Part shown: positions 8,862 to 18,290 of the stretch, in pieces
How positions within the stretch are numbered: the first letter of the stretch is position 1
Layout of the letters: every line of letters begins with the position of its first letter
Assembly: GCA_964447495.1 (NCBI GenBank)
Contig: CAYUTF010000048.1
Location: 1 to 24,520, forward strand
Source: an uncultured archaeon
GTDB taxonomy: Archaea; Asgardarchaeota; Lokiarchaeia; Sigyniarchaeales; SOKP01
DNA: 24,520 nt
Direction of reading: 5' to 3'
The notes under the pieces: generated by a model
The model's database searches: none
Seen by the model: the letters and a program-made list of their open reading frames with translations, nothing else
What the model was told of the DNA's origin: nothing
Translations under genes and position numbers: made by a program

Positions 8862-10496
8862 TTAACCTTGTATAACATATAAAGGCCATTTTTTCAATAT
8901 ACCTTTTGGAGTTTGTCCAGTTCTCACTTGCTTTAATATATTTTCTCGTGTTTCTAAAAAATCAACAGGTGAACCATCAATTAGTTCAATATCAATCTTC
9001 TTATTCTCAAAAATTTGATGAAAATCATGCAAACTTTCATTTTCAATTATAATTTTTACGATATCTAACTCATTTGTACAGCTTTTACTATATGGTAGAA
9101 TTAATTTATATCTATCATGGCTATGTTTTAGATTCACCAATACCATCGAATCTGTATCATAATTACATTTCTCTTTTAAAAAGAATAAAAGCCTCCTTGG
9201 TTCCATTATAATAAAATCTCTAAATGTAAAATAATCACCTGCAAATAGCTCATAATACTTAGGTGTTTTTATAAAGTTTGAAATTTTAATTGGATAGTTT
9301 AATTTAAAACTTGATCTTAATATTTTCCCTTCAATTAAAGGCAGTCCATTCTTAGTATCTAAAACTGAAATAACATCACCTAAATCTATATTAATGAGGA
9401 AATTATTATCGTCCATTCTGGATACATAAAGTTTTCCATATCCTTTTGAGATTTGAAATATTGGAATCATTTTATTTTTTGCTTCTAATGCAGCTAGAGA
9501 AAGCGGAAATACAAACATATCATTAAAGTGAGTATTAATATAGTCTTCTTTTGATATACTCGCAGCAAAAGGACCAACTTCAGAAATTACATATAGATTA
9601 GTAAATTTCTCTTTCTTCTTTTCCCAGTTCATGAAAGATCGTATCATTTCCCAGTTTTTTTCAGAGAGAGAACTAATACTAAAAATTATTGTCGCTTTCG
9701 ACAACTTTCTTGAAAGTTCTTTTTGAATTATTCGAGAACCTTCTTCCAAACCTTTTGTTTTAATGATTGAAATTAGTTTTTCTAAAGCTGGTTCCAGTAC
9801 TTTCGGTAATTTTTGAAGGGATCTTGCAATTCCTTCCTTTAATTTATCTCGATCTGCCCATCCAAGTATAGTCAATGCTGGAGCGGAGATACATGCTACA
9901 TTTTCTAGTTGAAGCATCTTTGCCAGAATCTCTAAGTTTTTCGAATATTTATATTCATAAAAAAAATACGATTCTGGTTTAATAATTGAAAGCATTACTC
10001 TTTGGGAGAATTCTGAGGAATATAATGAGATATATTTTTGCTCATTATAATTTTGAAGTCCATCATGTTTGATTCGGGAAGGAACAAAAATAATAGCTGA
10101 ATTATCTTTAGTTAATCCACTTGATTCGAAAATAGCTTGCATTCCAGGAGCCCAATTTCGTCTAACAACCTCTTTTGACATAAAAAACCATTTAAGTGCT
10201 GATAAATTAGTATTTGTTGTTCCAGAGGTATGACATATAATTGGAGTATATGGTTTGTTATATCTTTTAAGAAAATCCTCTACATTGAGAGAAAAACTAT
10301 TTGGATTTGTTTTTTCTCTGCTAATTTTACTGTTTAAGTCGCTTACTGAATTCAATCCTGAAAGCTTTAAACTTACTTCTTCAAATTCTTGAGGAGAAGA
10401 AATGTTTAACCACCTTTTCCAATCAATTGCTGAGATGTCTGCAAAAGTATTATTTAGTATGTCTTGAACGTTCTTATCAAAATCATAGATGACCAT
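8862..10496 (-). CDS. Divergent adenylate-forming enzyme (ANL superfamily; GH3 acyl-acid-amido synthetase / PaaK-like)
   Basis: P-loop-like CHTSGTT, NLYVISEVG (Y-x-x-S-E), IDLGDVI, GKILRS and C-terminal GQTPK, in the canonical ANL order. AGGAG RBS upstream. Confidence 0.6.
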   Translation of the reverse strand: MVIYDFDKNVQDILNNTFADISAIDWKRWLNISSPQEFEEVSLKLSGLNSVSDLNSKISREKTNPNSFSLNVEDFLKRYNKPYTPIICHTSGTTNTNLSALKWFFMSKEVVRRNWAPGMQAIFESSGLTKDNSAIIFVPSRIKHDGLQNYNEQKYISLYSSEFSQRVMLSIIKPESYFFYEYKYSKNLEILAKMLQLENVACISAPALTILGWADRDKLKEGIARSLQKLPKVLEPALEKLISIIKTKGLEEGSRIIQKELSRKLSKATIIFSISSLSEKNWEMIRSFMNWEKKKEKFTNLYVISEVGPFAASISKEDYINTHFNDMFVFPLSLAALEAKNKMIPIFQISKGYGKLYVSRMDDNNFLINIDLGDVISVLDTKNGLPLIEGKILRSSFKLNYPIKISNFIKTPKYYELFAGDYFTFRDFIIMEPRRLLFFLKEKCNYDTDSMVLVNLKHSHDRYKLILPYSKSCTNELDIVKIIIENESLHDFHQIFENKKIDIELIDGSPVDFLETRENILKQVRTGQTPKGILKKWPLYVIQG

Positions 10497-10601
10497 ATAA
10501 TCTCCTAATTCAAAGTTGTATATGTTATATTGATTTTATTATCCTATTTATTAATTAAGTTTATACTTGGAAAGGAAAAGAAAAAAAGAGTTTTTTACTT
10601 A

Positions 10602-11144
10602 TTAAAAATGGTGTATCACAATTCCATACTCACCCGTTATCCCCTCTTGAAATAGTGGCAAATGCGGGGGAAAATATGTAAACAAGATAAATAATAATCC
10701 TAGTATTATCAATCCAAGAATTGAAATAATTGAAATCTTATTACTAAACTTTTTCAATGTAAGAATTTTATAACTTACTAGCTGCGCTATAACAATTGAA
10801 AGAATGAAGCTAATAATGTCTAGAAATAAAAAGTCTTCTCCAAGAATCGCTGTATAAGTGTAAAAGAAGGTTATTATAAAAACTACGATTACTAAAGATG
10901 CGATTAATTTGGCAAAAGCTATATTATTGACCTCTTTTTTGATGAATTTATATTCAATTAATGTAAATAGCATTAATGGCCAATACCCTAATTTGAGATG
11001 TTCCCAAACACTCTCATTTACTGCCGCAATAGCACCAACGGGTGGAAAATATCCTGTAAGTTCAAACAGAAAATGTAAAAATGAACCTAATAAACTTATG
11101 AAAATCATTCCAACTATTTCCCAGATAAGAATTTTTTTATTCAT
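10602..11144 (-). CDS. DUF6512-family membrane protein
   Basis: LGSFLHFLFE..AVNESVWEHLKL signature, about five TM helices, TYFPPHLPLF near the C-terminus, GGTGA RBS. Confidence 0.75.
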   Translation of the reverse strand: MNKKILIWEIVGMIFISLLGSFLHFLFELTGYFPPVGAIAAVNESVWEHLKLGYWPLMLFTLIEYKFIKKEVNNIAFAKLIASLVIVVFIITFFYTYTAILGEDFLFLDIISFILSIVIAQLVSYKILTLKKFSNKISIISILGLIILGLLFILFTYFPPHLPLFQEGITGEYGIVIHHF

Positions 11145-11363
11145 TTAATCACCGAAAAATTGGGTTACTTATCTTATTAAAATGAACTAAGAAATATATT
11201 CAAGGTGTTTAGGTATTATAAATACTCCTAGAAAAAAACCTATTAATCATTTGAGAGTCAATTTAACTTTTTATATTTTCAAACTAATTTTAAACGTTAT
11301 ACTTTTCTATGCACATTAATATCTATTTTAAAAGTATAAAAAAAATAGAAGATTATCCTTAAT

Positions 11364-12371
11364 ATGATAGCGGCACTATTCAATGGAAAAGATTTAACAA
11401 TTCAAGAAGTGGAAATCCCTAAATTAACGAAAAATCAGGTGTTAATTAAATTAAAAGCGGTAGGACTATGTGGTACAGATTTAGCTATTATTGAAGGGCA
11501 TCTACCGACTCCAACTCCAATTATAATAGGACATGAACTTGCTGGCGAAATTGTTGATGTGGGAGATGATGTAGATAAATCGTGGCTAGGAAAAAGAGTA
11601 GTCTCTGAAATAAATAGTAATATTGATTTTAGTTGTTATTATTGTAAGCAACATATTTTTACACAATGCATTTCGAGAAAAGCTTTAGGAATTGATATTA
11701 ATGGAGCACTTGCTGAATATATTGCGGTTGAAGCATACCTTATCCACGAGATACCAACCTCTATTTCTTATAGTGAGGCAACTTTTATCGAACCGTTAGC
11801 AGCAGCATATCAAACCTTTGAAATGATGCCTATAGATGAAGGTGACAAAACTGTAGCGATTTTTGGTCTTGGTAAATTAGGTTTATTAATAATGCAAATC
11901 GCACTACATAATAATTTGAAAGTTATTGCTGTTGATGGATCTGAAGAAAAACTAGCATTAGCAAAAAAGTTCGGAGCATCTAGAGTAATCAATCGTCTGA
12001 AAGAGAATAGCATCTCTTATATGATACAGGAATATACTGAGGGATTAGGTGCAGATATTGTTATTGACACTTCGGGCAATCCAGATGCATTAAGGGAGAT
12101 TGTCTCTTCATGCAGAACACGGGGGAAAATTCATATAAAAAGTACCCACGGATTTAGCACTCCAATCAATCTAACCGATTTAGTGGTAAGAGAAATTACC
12201 ATATACACAAGTAGATGTGGACCATTTGAAAAAGCTATTGAAGGATTAAAATCTAAAGAAATTTCCGTAAAAGAATTAATTTTTAAGGAATTTAGTTTGC
12301 GCCAAATCAAAGATGCATTCGATAGCTATCGGAAAAATCGAAACGTTATTAAAATCATTATCAAAATTTGA
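11364..12371 (+). CDS. Zinc-dependent medium-chain alcohol dehydrogenase (threonine/sorbitol dehydrogenase-like MDR)
   Basis: GLCGTD, GHE, D-x2-C-x2-C-x7-C structural Zn loop, EPLAAA, GLGKLG Rossmann motif, SRCGPF. Confidence 0.9.
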   Translation: MIAALFNGKDLTIQEVEIPKLTKNQVLIKLKAVGLCGTDLAIIEGHLPTPTPIIIGHELAGEIVDVGDDVDKSWLGKRVVSEINSNIDFSCYYCKQHIFTQCISRKALGIDINGALAEYIAVEAYLIHEIPTSISYSEATFIEPLAAAYQTFEMMPIDEGDKTVAIFGLGKLGLLIMQIALHNNLKVIAVDGSEEKLALAKKFGASRVINRLKENSISYMIQEYTEGLGADIVIDTSGNPDALREIVSSCRTRGKIHIKSTHGFSTPINLTDLVVREITIYTSRCGPFEKAIEGLKSKEISVKELIFKEFSLRQIKDAFDSYRKNRNVIKIIIKI

Positions 12372-12382
12372 CATTACTTGAA

Positions 12383-12775
12383 TTATAGTTGAATGTTAAA
12401 TTCATCACGTAAAAAACGTCTTAATGATGCACAAATCGATTTTAATTGAATAGGGTTTGTATAAAAGAGTTTTGGATGCGGACATTCTTCATCAAAGACA
12501 CATTTTTTTCGCAGTGGGTCATAGATTAAGGGATAAAACCGACATCCTTGAGGACGATTTCTATATATGTCGCATAATTTTGAAGTCATATTAAAAAAAA
12601 TGCAATGACCATCGATATTTTTTAATTGATTTAACCCTTCTGCGTTTTTGAAAGCAATATCATCTCTATTAGCATAGCGATTATTATGTTTAAGAATTAA
12701 GCTTAAATCATTTTCCGATAAAATCATTTCTGTCGTAATACAACATTTTCCGCAAGACGTACATAACGCATTCAT
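12383..12775 (-). CDS. YkgJ-family CxxCxxCC cysteine-cluster protein
   Basis: CTSCGKCC ... CIFF ... CDIY..RPQGCRFYP ... CP. ATG 12775 follows a GGTGG RBS; the track start is GTG 12787. Confidence 0.85.
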   Translation of the reverse strand: MNALCTSCGKCCITTEMILSENDLSLILKHNNRYANRDDIAFKNAEGLNQLKNIDGHCIFFNMTSKLCDIYRNRPQGCRFYPLIYDPLRKKCVFDEECPHPKLFYTNPIQLKSICASLRRFLRDEFNIQL

Positions 12776-12974
12776 AAAATATCCCACCTAAATTAAAGTT
12801 TCAATTGTATATGTATCAAAAAAATAATATCATCTAATGTCAATATAAGTTTAAAAGAAAAAAAACATATCTATAAAAATAAATGTAGGTTTTTTGTGGA
12901 AATTTCAAAATATATATTTAACCTCTAGAGAAATTTTATCAATAAAATGGAAAAAAATAACTTAATTGATATTT

Positions 12975-14840
12975 ATGAGCAAAGAAGGTATTGCATATGA
13001 AGAACCTGCTATAGTTAACCCACCTAAAGATATCATTAGGGAAGATATAAATATGCAATATTCCCTATATATTACCATCTTTATTTTGATATATTACGGG
13101 TCTTGGATACTTCCGGGATTCATCTTCTTTATTTATATAAATGAATTTTTTTTGAGCAATTTTTTAGATGTGGGCAGTTTCTTCTCACTTTTCACAGAAT
13201 TAAACCCGTTAATAGCGTTAATAACCTTTCCATTAGTATTGATAGGTTGCTATTTAATTCGGCTTCTTTCAGTTGGAATAACAACAAAGATTTTTTGGAG
13301 AATAACTGAAAAAATCTCTCCTTCCAAATCAGGCATAATTCCTCGTAACATTCGAAGTAAAGCTGCAAATTATTATCATTTACGAAGTTTCATGATAAAA
13401 TACGGAAAGAATATTTTTACCAAGGGTGCATTCCCTTGGCTATCTAATTGGTTTTTTAAATTCGTCGGTTCTTCAAAAATTGGAAAAGGAACAACGATTG
13501 AAGAATCGGTGGGCTCTGACAAGTTTATTGACATTGGAAAAAATTGTTATATCGGCGTAAATAGTACATTAGCCAGTCATTTAGTCCAAGGAATATTTGG
13601 AAATATCTCCTATTTTGAAATAAAAGTGGGAGATAACGTGACCACTGCTGGGATGAATCAACTTGGTCCAGGGTGTGAGATTCATGATAACTCGTATTTA
13701 TTACCATTAGCATCCACAAGTAAGCATAGCATTTTAAAAGGAGGGCATAACTATTACTTTGGGATTCCCCTGCGTAAAATCTTTAAAAAGAAAATTATGC
13801 AATACTTGGGAATTACAAAAAAGGATATTGAAAGGAATGAAAATATTGAGCAAGCGATAAAAGAGCTGAAAGAAAGGAAAAAGAAAAAGATTGAGCCAGA
13901 GGAACAAAGCGAGACAGAAGATGATTTAGAGGATACAGAAGATACAGAAGAAGTATCGGAAGAGGGGGAAGTTAATGAAGAATTAAAAGAAGAAGAACTT
14001 AATATTGACTTTACAACCAGTAGTGCGATTAGTAGGGTGAATCTAAAGTTTTTAGCGGTATATCTCCCTATTTTCTGGTTAGCAGGATTATTGATTTCAA
14101 TTTATTGGTACGAATATACAAAAGAAGGTATTATGCTATCGACTCTTTTATTTTTACCCATAAGTATTCTATTTATGATCTATATTTTCATCTTAGGATG
14201 CCTTCTGTTTAGTAAATTAATCCTTATTCTTGTAAATTTGATTCATAAACCAAAAGAAGGAATATTTTTAGCGGAAATAAGGGATACGGATTATGAGTTT
14301 TGGATGTTGAGAACTGCGATTAGAAAGATAACACTATGGCTGTTAAGGAACTCTCCTTTAACTTGGTTAGATATGATCGCTTTTAAAGCTCTTGGATTGG
14401 AAATGGATGCGGGAAGTCACCTCAATGATGCATGGTGTGATGCTGAATTCGTTAAGATTGGTCGTAAAGTGTTAGTTGGACAGGGTGCTACTGTAATGTC
14501 ATCAATGGTAATAGGAAAATATTTAATAATTAAGAAGGTTATTTTTGATGATTATTCCATGGTCGGGGGGCATACTACTATTGCACCAGGGACAATTATT
14601 GGACATGATGGAGTAATAGGAGCAATAAGTTCAACATCGTATTGTCAAGTGTTAAAAGATAATTGGATTTATTTTGGATTTCCCGCAATTGCCCTAAAAG
14701 AAAATAAATATGCGGAAGAGCGGAGGGATCTCATCGTCAAAAGGGATGTGGATGGTGAAGAAAAGTTTGAATTAGATTACGATGTTAATATTGATGAAGA
14801 TAAGAAAAAACTAATAAGGCTCAAGGAGGATAAGGAATAA
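12975..14840 (+). CDS. Module 3 A+B fusion: two (2-TM + LbH) repeats joined by a basic/acidic linker
   Basis: N-half matches subunit A (IPRNI.SK..NYYH.RSFMIKY, ASHLVQGIFGNISY). C-half matches subunit B (IDFTTSSAISRVNLKFL, VGQGATVMSS, VNIDEDKK). ATG 12975 preferred to TTG 12966. Confidence 0.8.
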   Translation: MSKEGIAYEEPAIVNPPKDIIREDINMQYSLYITIFILIYYGSWILPGFIFFIYINEFFLSNFLDVGSFFSLFTELNPLIALITFPLVLIGCYLIRLLSVGITTKIFWRITEKISPSKSGIIPRNIRSKAANYYHLRSFMIKYGKNIFTKGAFPWLSNWFFKFVGSSKIGKGTTIEESVGSDKFIDIGKNCYIGVNSTLASHLVQGIFGNISYFEIKVGDNVTTAGMNQLGPGCEIHDNSYLLPLASTSKHSILKGGHNYYFGIPLRKIFKKKIMQYLGITKKDIERNENIEQAIKELKERKKKKIEPEEQSETEDDLEDTEDTEEVSEEGEVNEELKEEELNIDFTTSSAISRVNLKFLAVYLPIFWLAGLLISIYWYEYTKEGIMLSTLLFLPISILFMIYIFILGCLLFSKLILILVNLIHKPKEGIFLAEIRDTDYEFWMLRTAIRKITLWLLRNSPLTWLDMIAFKALGLEMDAGSHLNDAWCDAEFVKIGRKVLVGQGATVMSSMVIGKYLIIKKVIFDDYSMVGGHTTIAPGTIIGHDGVIGAISSTSYCQVLKDNWIYFGFPAIALKENKYAEERRDLIVKRDVDGEEKFELDYDVNIDEDKKKLIRLKEDKE

Positions 14841-14841
14841 C

Positions 14842-15792
14842 ATGTCAGTCCCCAACACCATGAAAATTGGACCTTTTGTTCCCACTGTATTAGCAAAGAA
14901 ACGATATTTAATTTTCTATTTTTATACCATATGGGCAAGTATCATTCCTTTAATGCTCGAATTCTGGATCTATTGGCATTTTCTATGGAATTATGACAGA
15001 CCAATTCATTTTTATACGTTCCTTCCGTTATTATTTTTTGGGTTATATATAAGTCTGGTTTTTTCTGCCATTTTTTTTGCCAAAATAGCACTAATTATTG
15101 TGAATGTAATTCATAAACCTAAAGTGGGGGTATTTTTAAGACATCCTGCAGATAAAGACTATAGATACTGGAGTTTAAGAAATACCATTCGAAAATGGCC
15201 ATTTTTGGTCGCACATAAATTTCCTTTTCCCTTCTTAGATAATATATGTTTTAAGGTATTTGGAGTGAAAACAAAGCTAAGAAATTCACTCTTTGAGGGA
15301 TGGGTGGATACAGAATTCATTGAATTTGGAAAGAATGTGGTCGTAGGTCAAGGAGCAATAGTCCAATCCGCGGTAATTATCGGAAATCTCCTCATCATTA
15401 AAAAAACCATTATAGAGGATGATGTTCATATAGGTTCCCATGCAATTATTTCGCCTGGGACTCACATTGGAAAAAGAAGTGTTCTTGCATCAAATTCCGT
15501 TACGATAGTTGATCAACAGCTTGAAGATGATTATATTTATGTGGGAATACCTGCGAAAAAGTATAAGAAAAATTGGTTTTTCGAAGATGGCTTACAAGAT
15601 AAGTTAGGACAAGTAAAAGATATAGAAGAACTCATAAAGAAATATGAGAAAATCTATATTAGACGCTATGATAGTCAGCCCAGTAAAAAGGAACGTAAAG
15701 AACGCAAGAAAGTAAAGAAGGAAGTGGAAAAGAAACGATTTGATCAAGCAGAACAGGAATGGGAAGCAGTTGATGATGGTTTCAATATATAA
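14842..15792 (+). CDS. Module 3 subunit C: 2-TM + LbH acyltransferase-like protein
   Basis: MSVP..GPF, HKFPFPFLDNICFK, GWVDTEFIEFGKNVVVGQG, YIYVGIPA. Starts 1 nt after the fusion gene stop. Confidence 0.75.
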   Translation: MSVPNTMKIGPFVPTVLAKKRYLIFYFYTIWASIIPLMLEFWIYWHFLWNYDRPIHFYTFLPLLFFGLYISLVFSAIFFAKIALIIVNVIHKPKVGVFLRHPADKDYRYWSLRNTIRKWPFLVAHKFPFPFLDNICFKVFGVKTKLRNSLFEGWVDTEFIEFGKNVVVGQGAIVQSAVIIGNLLIIKKTIIEDDVHIGSHAIISPGTHIGKRSVLASNSVTIVDQQLEDDYIYVGIPAKKYKKNWFFEDGLQDKLGQVKDIEELIKKYEKIYIRRYDSQPSKKERKERKKVKKEVEKKRFDQAEQEWEAVDDGFNI

Positions 15793-15810
15793 AATAAATA
15801 TTAAATCTTT

Positions 15811-17358
15811 TTATGACACATAGATAGTTGGTTTTGCCTTTTTTGAGCCAGTAGTTTTACTGATTCTATTAACCACGTTTTCAGCTCCTATCATGACTCC
15901 GGTAACCCCTCCATATGTTTCTGATTGAGCTCCAATGAACCACAAACCTTTAATTGGTGTTTCATGTTGAGGGGGAGGTATTTTAAGATGGGGCACTGTT
16001 CCTCCAAAGGCATGATGGGCTAAATATGTACGTTTTTTAAAATCGTTCGGAGTGAGGATTAATCTTGTTTTTTCATGTTCTCTTAACCCGGTTAAGTGTT
16101 CTTCAGCAATATCTAATAACTTTTCTGCCCATTCCTCCTTCTTTTCATCCCAGTCTCCATTAACAGGCTCATTTGGAGCAATTGTATAGATCGTAATAGC
16201 ATGATGCCCTTGAGGTGCCATATCTGGGGAAAAAACAGAGGGTATATAGACTAGAAACCCATCTTTTCCTTCATGATAAATCCTATTTTGACATTCTTTA
16301 ATACTTTCATCGATATCATAGGTAAGATAATAATAGCAGAGTGCCGCACCATTTTGATATACGGAAGGATCATAATCCACTCCTAAATGAACCATAAATA
16401 CCGATTCCGTTGTAAATAAGTCATTTACATAGGTTTTTATAAAATCTTCAGGAAGATAATCTTTCCCTACGAGGTTTAAAAAGAGTTCTCTAGCTCCTCC
16501 GCTAGCAATAACAATATCCGCATCATATTCAGTCCCTTTATCGGTGATTACTCCAGTCACTTTACCGTCTTTGAGTCTTATTTTCGTTATAGCTGTATTT
16601 GTGATAATTTCTCCCCCATTTTTAATACATGCATCAGCAAGCGCGTTTACTAAAGAGATACAACCTCCAACAATAAAATGCCAAGATGGTCTTGGTTGAT
16701 GTTTTCCATACTTAAGGGGGACTCTTTCATCATATTGGGATTCTGAATTAATCAAGGGGAGGATTAAACCCGGAAAAGCCTGAGGTGATGCTACATAATC
16801 TGCTAAAATCGCAGTATAGACCGCTTGCAACTTCTTATTTTGAAAACAATAATTCATAAGCTGTTCAGCACTCCACTCCTTTTTTCCCATGATAGGTAAA
16901 AATGTAAATAGCAGTTTAATTTTTGAAAGCAAGCTTGGTTTGCTGGAAAGCGCGGAAATATCATGTATTCTTTCATAAATTTCGTAATATTTATCTAGAC
17001 CTTCAACATCCTCGGGAAACAAGGTTTTTAAATATTGCTTCCTCCATGAAATCCCTTGATATTCCTTGGGTCGTTGAATTCTGAAATCGGGAAAGAAATT
17101 CTCACGATATCCCCTAACCACTTTTACCATATCTGAGACTTCTAACTTTTCCAGGATTTTTCTTGCAGGCTCACCTTCCCCAAGTTCTGGTACCAACATC
17201 TGACCCCAATCCCATTTAAAGCCATCTTTTTCTAAAGTTGACGTGACACCACCAATCTCTTTATATTGTTCGAAAAGCTTGATTTCATGCCCTTTCTTTG
17301 CTAGGAGAGCTGTTGCAGTTAGTCCCGATAATCCTGAACCAATTACTATAACTTTCAT
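15811..17358 (-). CDS. Phytoene desaturase / retinol saturase-family NAD(P)/FAD-dependent oxidoreductase
   Basis: VIVIGSGLSGL..E..IGG..GFKWDWG dinucleotide-binding N-terminus, GG..SLVNALA, S.FMVHLGV, PS..SPDMAP.GHH, LTP.DF, TPIKGLWFIG..GGVTGV. Confidence 0.85.
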   Translation of the reverse strand: MKVIVIGSGLSGLTATALLAKKGHEIKLFEQYKEIGGVTSTLEKDGFKWDWGQMLVPELGEGEPARKILEKLEVSDMVKVVRGYRENFFPDFRIQRPKEYQGISWRKQYLKTLFPEDVEGLDKYYEIYERIHDISALSSKPSLLSKIKLLFTFLPIMGKKEWSAEQLMNYCFQNKKLQAVYTAILADYVASPQAFPGLILPLINSESQYDERVPLKYGKHQPRPSWHFIVGGCISLVNALADACIKNGGEIITNTAITKIRLKDGKVTGVITDKGTEYDADIVIASGGARELFLNLVGKDYLPEDFIKTYVNDLFTTESVFMVHLGVDYDPSVYQNGAALCYYYLTYDIDESIKECQNRIYHEGKDGFLVYIPSVFSPDMAPQGHHAITIYTIAPNEPVNGDWDEKKEEWAEKLLDIAEEHLTGLREHEKTRLILTPNDFKKRTYLAHHAFGGTVPHLKIPPPQHETPIKGLWFIGAQSETYGGVTGVMIGAENVVNRISKTTGSKKAKPTIYVS

Positions 17359-17443
17359 AATTTATGTTTATTAATTTTAAATATATGAATTAAATATGAT
17401 TTATCTTCGTAAACGAAGATAGAAAAACTAAAGAAAGTTTATT

Positions 17444-18160
17444 TTATTTGATATTTTTAATTACAAAATACATTCTTCGATTATCTTTACCTTTATTAAC
17501 GGTCTTTATTAACTCGATTTGACCTATTTCGATTAAAGTTTTTATATGTGTCCCCGCATCGACTTGTTCATCAAGCTCTCCTATTTTCACGATGCGAAAT
17601 CTATTTACATTCTTTGGTAATCCTATTGCTAGTCTTGCTAGCTCAGGTTTACCTATAACCTCCTCTCTTGACATATAATCAATGGTAATAGGTAAATTTT
17701 TCTTAATTATTTCATTCGCTTCATCAACAAACGCGCTTAATTTCTCTGGAGAGTAGTCGTTCATCGAAAAATCCATTCGGGTTTTATCTAACTCAATTTG
17801 ATTGCCTGTAATTTTGGCATTTGCTTTTCTATATAAAATATTTGAAAGAAGGTGAGATGCAGTATGATAGCGCATGTATTTATATCTCCTTTCCCAATCA
17901 AGCTCACAAGAAACGGAATCCCCTACTTTTAAACCAGCTTTCTCGACTTCGTGACTAATCTTTCCAGAAAATTTACCGACATATACGACTTTAAACATAT
18001 CTTCGCCTCTTCTAATAATACCCTCATCACATGGTTGGCCTCCTCCTTTTGGGTAGAAAGCAGTTTGATCAAGGATAATATACTTATCATCATTGACAGA
18101 CACTACTTTTGCGTCCCATTTTTGCAAATAGGCGTCATCCATATATAAAGCATCGGTCAT
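17444..18160 (-). CDS. alaX: Free-standing alanyl-tRNA editing protein AlaX (AlaX-M type)
   Basis: MTDALYMDDAYL, LDQTAFYPKGGGQP.D.G, DWERRY..MRYHTASHLL (HxxxH), DAGTH, NKGKDNRR. Start at ATG 18160 matches the family N-terminus (track start 18229). Confidence 0.92.
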   Translation of the reverse strand: MTDALYMDDAYLQKWDAKVVSVNDDKYIILDQTAFYPKGGGQPCDEGIIRRGEDMFKVVYVGKFSGKISHEVEKAGLKVGDSVSCELDWERRYKYMRYHTASHLLSNILYRKANAKITGNQIELDKTRMDFSMNDYSPEKLSAFVDEANEIIKKNLPITIDYMSREEVIGKPELARLAIGLPKNVNRFRIVKIGELDEQVDAGTHIKTLIEIGQIELIKTVNKGKDNRRMYFVIKNIK

Positions 18161-18290
18161 GAAGAAAAATAGTAGGGACTTTCTTAAAAATAGATAAGTT
18201 TTTACCTTGCGAGGTTTGTCAACATACATCTAGAATTTTTATGTATGAATCATTCTAAAAACTTGCTGGGTATTTTGTGGTCGTGGTTTA

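Larger units (their letters stand above)
364..15792 (+). repeat. Three paralogous copies of the A-B-C membrane LbH module (364-3034, 3622-6301, 12975-15792)
   Basis: Identical gene order and subunit-specific motifs. Nucleotide similarity is still visible, e.g. tttccttt.ccctt.tt.ga.aatatatgttt near 2566, 5762 and 15220, and cagaaaagagatcacc near 686 and 3938. Confidence 0.9.

Noticed and set aside
11208-11232. Imperfect palindrome (taggtatt-ata-aatactccta) in a divergent intergenic region
   Set aside because: Short, AT-rich and bulged, with no second copy noticed; cannot be supported as an operator.
11615-11670. Asp replacing the first structural-Zn Cys in the MDR dehydrogenase
   Set aside because: Acidic substitutions at this ligand are already known in archaeal alcohol dehydrogenases.
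8475-18148. Antisense ORFs 8475-8687, 10909-11148, 11810-12013, 13525-13719 and 17951-18148
   Set aside because: They overlap confidently assigned genes on the opposite strand with no independent coding signal.
18161-18229. N-terminal extension of AlaX given by the ORF track
   Set aside because: Family similarity begins at MTDALY (ATG 18160); the extension looks like translated promoter/UTR sequence.
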